DNA from: Betaproteobacteria bacterium SG8_41
GTDB taxonomy: Bacteria > Pseudomonadota > Gammaproteobacteria > Burkholderiales > SG8-41
Direction of reading: 5' to 3'
NCBI GenBank assembly: GCA_001303585.1
Contig: LJTT01000006.1
Coordinates: 7,919 to 71,918, forward strand
Length of the DNA stretch: 64,000 bases
Shown in pieces: positions 56,117 to 63,680 of the stretch. The position numbers were made by a program, and so were the translations under genes. Each line of letters starts with the position of its first letter. Positions within the stretch are counted from its first letter, which is position 1. Under the pieces are notes generated by a model. It ran no database searches. It saw nothing but the letters and a program-made list of their open reading frames with translations, and had not been told where the DNA came from.

Positions 56117-57712
56117 ATGCCAAGCAAAGCGTCCTCCCCTCGCGCGGCCGCGCCGTTCGTCCCCGCGGCGGGGATCGCCGGTGGCGTGGAGCGCCTGCTC
56201 GTCGTCCTGGGCGATCAGCTCGATGCCAACGCCCGCCTGCTGCGCGAGGCCGACCGCCGGCGCGATGCGATCCTGATGATGGAGGTGCGCGAGGAGGCCA
56301 GCCACGTGCCAAGCCACCGGCAGCGCACGGCCCTCTTTCTCGCGGCAATGCGTCACTTTGCGGCGGCCCGCAGCGCCGAAGGCTGGCGCGTGCGCTACGT
56401 AACGCTCGACGATCCGGCCAATATGCAAAGCTTCAGCGGCGAGGTGGAACGCGCCGCGTCCGACCTTGCGCCGGCCCGCATCGTTGTCACCCATCCCGGC
56501 GAATACCGGGTGCTGAACGCGATCACTTCGTGGGAGGGCATCATCCGGCGACCGGTTGAGGTCGTCGCGGACGAGCACTTTCTGGTCGCGCCTGAGGAGT
56601 TCGGCGCGTGGGCCAGGGGCCGGCAAGCGCTCGTCATGGAGTACTTCTATCGCGAACAACGCCGCCGGCACGGCGTGCTCGTGAGTCGCGGCAAGCCGGT
56701 CGGCGGCGCATGGAACTTCGACGTCCAGAACCGGGAAAGCTTCCGCACGGCGCCGCGCGTCCGGCCGCCGCGGCGCTTTGCGCCGGATGCACCGACCCGC
56801 GCGCTGCTCGATGCGGTTGAGCGCTGGTTCCCCGATGCGCCCGGAAAGTTGCGGCGCTTTGCCTGGCCGGTGACACCGGCGCAAGCGCGCGCTGCGCTGA
56901 ACGACTTCGTCGAGCACCGGCTCGCCGCATTCGGCCGCTATCAGGACGCGATGTGGACAGGCGAGCCGTTTCTCAATCACTCGCTGCTGTCGCCGGCCCT
57001 CAACCTCAAGCTGCTCTCGCCGCGGGAGTGCCTCGATGCCGCGACGGCTGCACACCCGCGACGCGCGCCCATCAACTCGGTCGAGGCCTTCGTGCGCCAG
57101 ATCCTCGGCTGGCGCGAGTTCATCCGCGGCGTCTACTGGCACGAAGGGCTGCAGTACGGGGAGCGCAACGCGCTCGCCGCATCCGGGCGCCTGCCCCCGT
57201 TCTACTGGAGCGGCGAGACGGACATGCACTGCCTCGCGCAAGCCATCGGCCAGGTGCTCGAGTACGGCTACGGTCACCACATCCAGCGCCTGATGGTCAC
57301 CGGCAACTTCGCCCTGCTCGCGGGCGTGCACCCGCGCGCCGTCTCGGACTGGTATCTCGGCATGTACGTGGACGGTGTCGATTGGGTCACGCTGCCCAAC
57401 ACGCTCGGCATGGTCATGCATGCCGACGGCGGTGTGGTCGGCACCAAGCCGTACGCCGCCTCGGGCAAGTACATCCAGCGGATGAGCAACTACTGCGCCG
57501 GCTGCCGCTACGATCCGGGCAAGCGCACGGGTGACGCTGCGTGTCCCTTCAACACGTTTTATTGGGATTTCTTGATCAGCCATCGCGAGCGCTTCCGCTC
57601 CAATCGCCGCATGGCCATGATGCTCAAGCACGTCGACCGCATGGACCCGGGCGAAATGCGCGCGATCCAGCAGGCCGCCGCGAAAACCCGCCAGAAACTG
57701 GGCGTCACATGA
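56117..57712 (+). CDS. FeS-BCP / PhrB-type cryptochrome-photolyase family protein (probable (6-4) photolyase)
   Basis: LGDQL N-terminus and the Cys set ...MHCLAQA... plus YCAGCRYDPGKRTGDAACPFN (C-x2-C-x12-C), as in the 4Fe-4S bacterial (6-4) photolyases. The start is uncertain. Confidence 0.8.
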   Translation: MPSKASSPRAAAPFVPAAGIAGGVERLLVVLGDQLDANARLLREADRRRDAILMMEVREEASHVPSHRQRTALFLAAMRHFAAARSAEGWRVRYVTLDDPANMQSFSGEVERAASDLAPARIVVTHPGEYRVLNAITSWEGIIRRPVEVVADEHFLVAPEEFGAWARGRQALVMEYFYREQRRRHGVLVSRGKPVGGAWNFDVQNRESFRTAPRVRPPRRFAPDAPTRALLDAVERWFPDAPGKLRRFAWPVTPAQARAALNDFVEHRLAAFGRYQDAMWTGEPFLNHSLLSPALNLKLLSPRECLDAATAAHPRRAPINSVEAFVRQILGWREFIRGVYWHEGLQYGERNALAASGRLPPFYWSGETDMHCLAQAIGQVLEYGYGHHIQRLMVTGNFALLAGVHPRAVSDWYLGMYVDGVDWVTLPNTLGMVMHADGGVVGTKPYAASGKYIQRMSNYCAGCRYDPGKRTGDAACPFNTFYWDFLISHRERFRSNRRMAMMLKHVDRMDPGEMRAIQQAAAKTRQKLGVT

Positions 57713-57924
57713 AACGCATCGCGCCGGGGCCCGGGCAGGAGTCCGCGTGGGATTATCCGCGGCCGCGGCGCCTCGAGCGTTTCAGCGGGCACATCCAGAT
57801 CATGCTGAGCGGCGTGACGATCGCCGATACGCGTGGCGCCTACCGTGTGCTCGAGACGAGCCATCCGCCGGTGTACTACCCACCCCGCGACATTCTAGAC
57901 CGACGTTCATCGGCAGCTACCTAA
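57709..57924 (+). pseudogene. DUF427 family gene, 3'-truncated
   Basis: Its ATG overlaps the photolyase stop (ATGA). ...ESAWDYPRPRRLERF...IADTRGAYRVLETSHPPVYYPPRDI then runs into repeat-element sequence and stops. The conserved C-terminal part (C.WKG.A.Y) is absent. Confidence 0.55.
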
Positions 57925-58013
57925 CGGTGTTCGGGGTTCAAGGTTCAGTGTTGTAGATCTACGTTCATCTGCGGCTAATGAAAAAGGGGTTACGGTGTTT
58001 CGACTCACGATTC
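57897..58013. repeat. composite intergenic repeat with two core copies and GGTTC heptamers
   Basis: Core copies at 57902-57927 and 57959-57987, with GGTGTTC GGGGTTC AAGGTTC AGTGTTG between them. The 3' tail GGTTACGGTGTTTCGACTCACGATTC resembles 25071-25094. Confidence 0.7.
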
Positions 58014-58040
58014 CCGCCCGCGGCATCGGCGGCCAAAAAA

Positions 58041-58925
58041 CTAATCGACAATCTTGTTGATCGGCAGCTCGATGATCCCCCGCGCGCCCGCCTCGTAGAG
58101 CCGCGGGATGAGCTCCCGCACCAGCTTCTCCTCCACTACCGTGCTCAGGTCCACCCACTCCGGGTCGGAGAGAGTGGACACGGTGGGTGTCGCAAGCGCC
58201 GGCAGGATCTTCAGCACCGCATCCACGTTCTTGCGCTGCACGTTCATCGAGAGCAGGACGCGCGTCGCCGCGGCGATGGCGCCCTTGAGCAGCATCAGCA
58301 CGCGCTCCATTTTGTCGCGCTTCCAGACATCCTTTCGTGCTTCGTGATTGGCGATGAAGCGCGGCGTGCTCTCCAGGACCACGTCCATGATCTTTAGATC
58401 GTTCGCGCGCAGCGACGAGCCAGTCTCCGACACATCCACGATGGCGTCGGCAAGTATCGGCGGTTTGACTTCGGTCGCACCCCAGGAAAACTCGACGCTC
58501 GCGTTCACGCCGTGTTTCGCAAGGAAGCGCTTGGTCATGCCCACCGCCTCGGTCGCGATGCGCCGGCCTTCGAGGTCCTTCACTTTGTGAAAGGCCGAGT
58601 CTTCCTTGGATGCAAGCACCCAGCGCACGACGCCGTAGTTCGGCCACGGCGCCCTCAGGTCGGCAAGCTCCGCCACGTCCTCCTCGTTCTCCAGTATCCA
58701 GTCGAGGCCTGTTATGGCGCAATCGAGGATGCCCTGCCCGACGTAGCGCGCCATCTCCTGCGGGCGGATGAGGATGCACTGGATCTCCGGATCGTCGATG
58801 TCAGGGTAGTAGGACCGGCCGGAAATGCGCAGATCGTAGCCGGCGCGGATGAAAAGCTTCTGGGTGGTTTCCTGCAGGCTGCCCTTGGGGATGCCGAGGC
58901 GTAGCTGGTTCGCTTTTTCGGTCAT
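58041..58925 (-). CDS. hisG: ATP phosphoribosyltransferase, long form with C-terminal regulatory domain
   Basis: LRLGIPKGSL, VDVSETGSSLRAN and the C-terminal HisG_C-like domain. 294 aa. Confidence 0.9.
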   Translation of the reverse strand: MTEKANQLRLGIPKGSLQETTQKLFIRAGYDLRISGRSYYPDIDDPEIQCILIRPQEMARYVGQGILDCAITGLDWILENEEDVAELADLRAPWPNYGVVRWVLASKEDSAFHKVKDLEGRRIATEAVGMTKRFLAKHGVNASVEFSWGATEVKPPILADAIVDVSETGSSLRANDLKIMDVVLESTPRFIANHEARKDVWKRDKMERVLMLLKGAIAAATRVLLSMNVQRKNVDAVLKILPALATPTVSTLSDPEWVDLSTVVEEKLVRELIPRLYEAGARGIIELPINKIVD

Positions 58926-59375
58926 GTGGCGAATCTTTCTTGGTGAGGCCTTACATGATACCTCGTGACAGGCCGAAGCCTCGGCGCCGAGGGAGGGGAG
59001 ACGCCAATGAAAATAACAGCCTCACCGCAAAGGCCGCCAAGAAATAATAATTAGCACAAACACCGAGCTCGCGGAGGCGGCAAAGAGTAGTGCCGGTGGT
59101 CCGGGCACCCACGAAGGCTTCGTGAAGGACCCTACCTGCAGTAACCCGCATTCGGTCTGACAGGCAGCGTCCTTACCGCGCCCGCGTCCGCATCTGATCC
59201 GCTTTCACGGAGTGCAGGCGCCGCCACGCACACCGGCGCGGCACGTGGAGCTGTGTCAGGCGGCCTGAGTCTCGGGTTCGGCCTGGTCCTCTCGCGGGCC
59301 GATCGGTGGGCTTGGATTGCGCTCGTGTCAGCGTGCGGACGGAGGAAAATCAGCCGAACGTCTTAGCGGTTCTCA

Positions 59376-60257
59376 CTAATGGGCCTCGGCGCGGGCCTTG
59401 AGATACCAGTGATAGATCTGCTCGCCGGTCCAGAAGAGGACGCCATCGTGGCCCTTCATGTACTCGAGCAACCGCTCGAAATAGCTGATGCGGAAGGGCT
59501 GGCCCGTGATGTAGGGATGCATCGCGATCGCCATGATGCGCACGATGTCGGCGCCTTCCTGGTAAAGCCGGTCGAAGCTCTCCATCGAGCGCTTCATGAA
59601 GTGATCGGACTCATGGTGCTGCACGATCATCATGGGGATGTCGTTCAATTCGACGGTATAGGGGATCGCGATCAACGGCCCGTGCGCGGTCTTGACCTCG
59701 CACGGCTGGTCGTCGAGCACCCAGTCGGCGACGTACTTGACACCCGCTTGCGCGAGATAGTCGACCGTCTCGTAGGTCTGGGTGAGCCCCGGGCCCATCC
59801 AGCCGAGCGGGCGCTTGCCGGTGAACTGCTCGATGGTGTCGAGCGACTGGTTGATCACGGCGCGCTGGTCGTCGATCTGGTGGATCGGCATCTGCACGAA
59901 GCTGTGGCCGAGAAACTCCCAGCCGGCGTCGACCGCGGCCTGCGCCACGCGCGGATAAACGTTGCACACGTTGGCGTTGATCGAGAGCGTGGGCGTGATG
60001 CCATATTTCGCCAGTGCATCGAAAAGCCGCCAGATGCCCACGCGCATCCCGTACTCGTGCCAGCTCCAGTTCGGAAAATCCGGGACGACCGAAACCCCGC
60101 TCGGCGCAGGGATAACCTGGCGCGCCATCGGCCGCACGATCTCCCACTGCTCGATATTGACGACCGGCCACACCACCAGCCGCGCGTTATCAGGCAGCCG
60201 CAGCCGTGGGCGATCGACGATGGCAGAAAAGGGAACGAAATCGTGCGGGTTTCGCAT
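59376..60257 (-). CDS. polysaccharide deacetylase family protein (PuuE-like)
   Basis: 293 aa. ...NIEQWE..., EYG.RVG..R and GHS motifs resemble the PuuE-type deacetylase fold as I recall it. Confidence 0.8.
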   Translation of the reverse strand: MRNPHDFVPFSAIVDRPRLRLPDNARLVVWPVVNIEQWEIVRPMARQVIPAPSGVSVVPDFPNWSWHEYGMRVGIWRLFDALAKYGITPTLSINANVCNVYPRVAQAAVDAGWEFLGHSFVQMPIHQIDDQRAVINQSLDTIEQFTGKRPLGWMGPGLTQTYETVDYLAQAGVKYVADWVLDDQPCEVKTAHGPLIAIPYTVELNDIPMMIVQHHESDHFMKRSMESFDRLYQEGADIVRIMAIAMHPYITGQPFRISYFERLLEYMKGHDGVLFWTGEQIYHWYLKARAEAH

Positions 60258-60337
60258 GCAGTCTCCTCGCTTTCGTGGCTAGGGCGTGACGTGTGGTCAG
60301 TGAGCAGAAACAGTGGGTTATTCTTGCATTGAGCGAT

Positions 60338-60360
60338 CAGCGTTTATCTGCGGCCAATTC
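60338..60360. repeat. isolated copy of the conserved core (CAGCGTTTATCTGCGGCCAATTC)
   Basis: Identical to 25044-25064 at 20 of 21 positions. Confidence 0.7.
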
Positions 60361-60381
60361 TGGGCAGTAAGAGGGCGCGGT

Positions 60382-61083
60382 TCACGACTGACGATCGTGA
60401 CCGGCCGGGCCGATGCGTGGCTCGACGCGCGACTGGAGATGACCGGCTTCCGCCAGCGTCACGTCCCGAACGCCTGCGAGCAGGCTCAACAGCCCGTCAC
60501 CGTCGATGAGCCGCAGCGGTTTGCCCTGGGCGAACTGCCAGGCATCGTGGGTATATTGCCCGCTCGAGAGGAAGATCGCCTCATCCGCGCGCTCGTATTT
60601 CATCACTTCCTGAAGCTCCCGGATGAGGCTGATGCCGACCCGCCGCTCCTGCCAATGCCGGCAGACCACGACGCTCTTCCTGCCGTCCCGCCACAACTCC
60701 AGGTCGACCTCGCCGTCCGGCGCGCGGCTGCCGCGCGCTTCCACCACGTAGCCCAGGCGCCCGAAGGCCTCGCCCGCCAGGAGCTCGAACCGATGCCGGG
60801 GCAATACGCGAAGCGCGACGAGGCTGCTCCGCCGTTCGCGCGGCCGCCCGCGAAAGACCCGCCGCAACAGGGACACGAGCGCAGCAAAAAGAAAGGGCAG
60901 CGCAAAGACCCAGGCGATCTGCGCCATGCCTTCGGCCACAGCCTGCGCCGTCCTGCTCGGCGGCATCAGCGCTGCAAACCCGAAGCGCATGACCAGATAC
61001 GCGATGAGCGCGAGCACGATGCCGACCCACCAGGGCGCGTCGGTTATGGTCGCGAGGAAACCGCTTTTTCTTCGTTCCAGCAT
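60382..61083 (-). CDS. membrane-anchored restriction-endonuclease-like (Mrr_cat) protein
   Basis: Two N-terminal TM helices, followed by FELLAGEAFGRLGY...DGEVDLEL...VVVCRHW (D...D/E-x-K-like core). An alternative TTG start is at 61095. Confidence 0.7.
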   Translation of the reverse strand: MLERRKSGFLATITDAPWWVGIVLALIAYLVMRFGFAALMPPSRTAQAVAEGMAQIAWVFALPFLFAALVSLLRRVFRGRPRERRSSLVALRVLPRHRFELLAGEAFGRLGYVVEARGSRAPDGEVDLELWRDGRKSVVVCRHWQERRVGISLIRELQEVMKYERADEAIFLSSGQYTHDAWQFAQGKPLRLIDGDGLLSLLAGVRDVTLAEAGHLQSRVEPRIGPAGHDRQS

Positions 61084-61357
61084 TGGCCGTGGCAATAAAC
61101 AATGAAATTTTAATGCACTCTCGATTCACCCGCGTAGCTTCTGCCTGGTAACTGCCTCCCAGGGACCGAAATTGCCGGAATGGGGCGTCGAAATCTGACT
61201 TATATTTTGGCGCTCGGGTGCTGGATCTGGTCGACGCACATCCGCCCTTCTCGGCCAGTACCGGTTTTCGTTGTTGCGGTCACGTCCCGCCAACAGACAG
61301 TGTTATGCTTTCCCCGGCAGCCTACAGGGGCCGCGAACACATAATGAGGAGGAGACT

Positions 61358-62338
61358 ATGAGGAAGCTTTCTGCGCAAATGTGTTGTGCCGCATTCGCGA
61401 CGCTTTTCATCATCCCGGGATTGGCCCTGGCGCAGTCGTATCCGACAAAGCCGGTGCGGCTGCTGACCGGGTCGGCACCGGGCGGCGGCGCAGACCAGAC
61501 CGCGCGCGTCATCGCCGAGCGCCTGAGCCGCGCGCTGAAACAGCAGGTCATCGTCGAGAACCGGCCCGGTGCTACCGGCATGATCGCGAACCGGCTTGTG
61601 GGCGATTCGGCGCCCGACGGCTACACCTTGCTGCTCGAGCCGTCCTCGTTCGTCGCCATCAGCCCCCATCTTAACGCGAAGGACGGATGGGACCCCACGA
61701 AGCGCCTCGCGCCGGTCATCCAGGTAAGCTCCTACGGGCTGGTACTAGTGGTGCATCCGTCGGTACCCGCGAAGACAGTCAAGGAGCTGATCGCGCTCGC
61801 GCGCTCGCAACCCGGCGTGCTGAACTTCGCCTCGTCCGGCGTCGGGAGCAATTTCCACCTTTCGGCCGAGCTCTTCAAGATCGGCGCCAAGATCAACATT
61901 GTCCACATCCCGTACCGCGGCAGCTCGGCGGCCGTCATCGATCTGCTCGCAGGCCGCGCCGATCTCATGTTCGGCCTGATTCCGGTGCTCAACCCCTACA
62001 TCCAGCAAGGCAAGCTGCGTGCGCTGGCCGTGACGGCCACGACGCGTAACCCGCTGCTACCCGATGTCCCGACCGTCGCCGCAGTCGGATTGCCGGGGTT
62101 CGAAGCTGGATTGCTGAGCTGGGAAGGCATCTTCGCGCCAGCCGGAACGCCAGCCGCGATCATCAACGGTCTCAACTCGGAAATCGGCAAGATCGTCAAC
62201 TCGGCTCAGGTAAAAAAGATCTGGACTAACAAAGGCGTCGAGACCGTGACCGGCACGCCCGCCGACCTCGGGAACAAGCTGAACGCGGATTATACGCGGC
62301 TGGGAGACCTGCTCCGGAAGCTTAAGATCACCAAGTGA
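61358..62338 (+). CDS. tripartite tricarboxylate transporter substrate-binding protein (Bug/TctC family)
   Basis: Signal peptide, YPTKPVRLLTGSAPGGG and ENRPGATG. GAGGAGGAG SD. Confidence 0.9.
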   Translation: MRKLSAQMCCAAFATLFIIPGLALAQSYPTKPVRLLTGSAPGGGADQTARVIAERLSRALKQQVIVENRPGATGMIANRLVGDSAPDGYTLLLEPSSFVAISPHLNAKDGWDPTKRLAPVIQVSSYGLVLVVHPSVPAKTVKELIALARSQPGVLNFASSGVGSNFHLSAELFKIGAKINIVHIPYRGSSAAVIDLLAGRADLMFGLIPVLNPYIQQGKLRALAVTATTRNPLLPDVPTVAAVGLPGFEAGLLSWEGIFAPAGTPAAIINGLNSEIGKIVNSAQVKKIWTNKGVETVTGTPADLGNKLNADYTRLGDLLRKLKITK

Positions 62339-62368
62339 TCCCGCAAGACTGAAGGCGGTCTCGAATAG

Positions 62369-62400
62369 ACCCCGTCTCCCCAGAACAGGGGAGGCGGGGT
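62369..62400 (+). terminator. strong GC hairpin 3' of the Bug gene (no U-tract)
   Basis: ACCCCGTCTCCCC agaaca GGGGAGGCGGGGT, 13 bp including one G-U pair. Confidence 0.4.
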
Positions 62401-62511
62401 CGGCAAGATGAGTTGTAGTGGCGGGTGATCAGTCAACAGTGCTGATGACATGATTCCGGATTAGGGTCGAGCTCATGTCAACCACGGCCGGAGTCGCGCG
62501 TTATCCGGGGT

Positions 62512-62901
62512 ATGGCCGCCCCAACCACGCACCGAGATGTGGTCGCCTGGCAGGAAGCCATGGCGCTGGTCGAGGCCGTGTACCGGGACACGGCGCGCTT
62601 TCCCCGACACGAGACGTTCGCGCTACGCGCGCAAATCCGGCAGGCGGCGCTCTGTGTGCCCTCCCGCCTTGCGGAAGGCGCAACGCGCGGCACGGTTGGA
62701 GAGCTGCTCGCGTTTCTCGCAATGAGCTGCGGCTCGCTTGCCGCGCTCGAGACGCAACTCGAGATTGCAATGCGCCTGGGCTATCTCGAGCCGCACGCGG
62801 GCGCTGTTATCCGGACTCGCCGCCTCGGCATGCTGGTAGCGACCTTGCGCCACTCGCTCGCGAGCGAGGAATCAGGGAATAATGGCGACGAGCGATGGTG
62901 A
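62512..62901 (+). CDS. four-helix-bundle protein (23S rRNA IVS protein / Avd-like family)
   Basis: VVAWQEAMALVEAVYRDTARFPRHETFALRAQIRQAALCVPSRLAEGATRGT..ELLAFLAMSCGSLAALETQLEIA matches the family pattern (W..A..L....Y.....FP..E...L..Q.RRA..S...N.AEG). Confidence 0.8.
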   Translation: MAAPTTHRDVVAWQEAMALVEAVYRDTARFPRHETFALRAQIRQAALCVPSRLAEGATRGTVGELLAFLAMSCGSLAALETQLEIAMRLGYLEPHAGAVIRTRRLGMLVATLRHSLASEESGNNGDERW

Positions 62902-62910
62902 TAATTCGTG

Positions 62911-62969
62911 GTGATGAAAAGTCGTGATGGAAATACGCTTGGCCCAACCCATCACTAGCGCTCATCACT
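62911..62969. repeat. nested hairpin built from GTGATGR heptamers
   Basis: GTGATGA (62911-17) pairs with TCATCAC (62963-69), and GTGATGG (62924-30) pairs with CCATCAC (62949-55). Located between convergent genes. Confidence 0.6.
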
Positions 62970-62974
62970 CAACA

Positions 62975-63676
62975 TCAAATGCCGAGATAGTTCGACTTCA
63001 CGTCCTCGTTGGCCCACAGCTCCTGCGGGCTCGCGGAGTAGACGACGCGGCCTTTGCTCATGACGTGCACATGGTCGACGAGCTTCAGCGCAAGTGCGGT
63101 ATTCTGTTCGACGAGCAGAATGGATAGTCCCTGAGCCTTCAGCTTGCCGACGGCTTCCCACACGCCCTGGATGACGATGGGTGCGAGGCCCTCGGAGGGC
63201 TCGTCCATGATGAGGCAGTCGGGATTGGTCATGAGCGCGCGGCCGATGGCGAGCATCTGCTGCTCGCCCCCCGATAGCGTCTTCGCGCGTTGACCGCGCC
63301 GCTCCTTGAGCCGAGGAAACAGCGTATAAACGCGCTCTGCATTCCAGCCGTGGCGCTCGATGCCGCGCTCGGCGACGCGCAGGTTCTCCTCCACGCTCAA
63401 CGTCGGGAACACGCGCCGCCCCTGCGGCACGAGGCCCAAACCGCCCCTCACCGTTTCAAACGACGAGACGTGCGTGATGTCCGCGCCCTTGAAAACAATG
63501 CGGCCGCGGCGCGGCGGGTTGAAGCCGACGATGGACTTGACGAGCGTCGTCTTGCCCACGCCGTTGCGACCGAGCAGTCCCACTATCTGTCCCTGCTCGA
63601 GCTTCAACGACAACCCCTGCAGGACGTAGGCGTCGCCGTAGTAGGTGTGAATGTCTTCGACTTCAAGGATGGCCAT
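62975..63676 (-). CDS. livF: branched-chain amino acid ABC transporter ATP-binding protein (LivF-like)
   Basis: MAILEVEDIHTYYG, Walker A GRNGVGKTT, LSGGEQQML and Walker B LIMDEPSEGL. Confidence 0.9.
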   Translation of the reverse strand: MAILEVEDIHTYYGDAYVLQGLSLKLEQGQIVGLLGRNGVGKTTLVKSIVGFNPPRRGRIVFKGADITHVSSFETVRGGLGLVPQGRRVFPTLSVEENLRVAERGIERHGWNAERVYTLFPRLKERRGQRAKTLSGGEQQMLAIGRALMTNPDCLIMDEPSEGLAPIVIQGVWEAVGKLKAQGLSILLVEQNTALALKLVDHVHVMSKGRVVYSASPQELWANEDVKSNYLGI

Positions 63677-63680
63677 GGCG

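Noticed and set aside
59330-59350. RNase P RNA-like GGAGGAAA segment in the hisG-upstream spacer.
   Set aside because: It does not continue as the conserved GAGGAAAGUCCGGGC block, and no P4 partner sequence was found.
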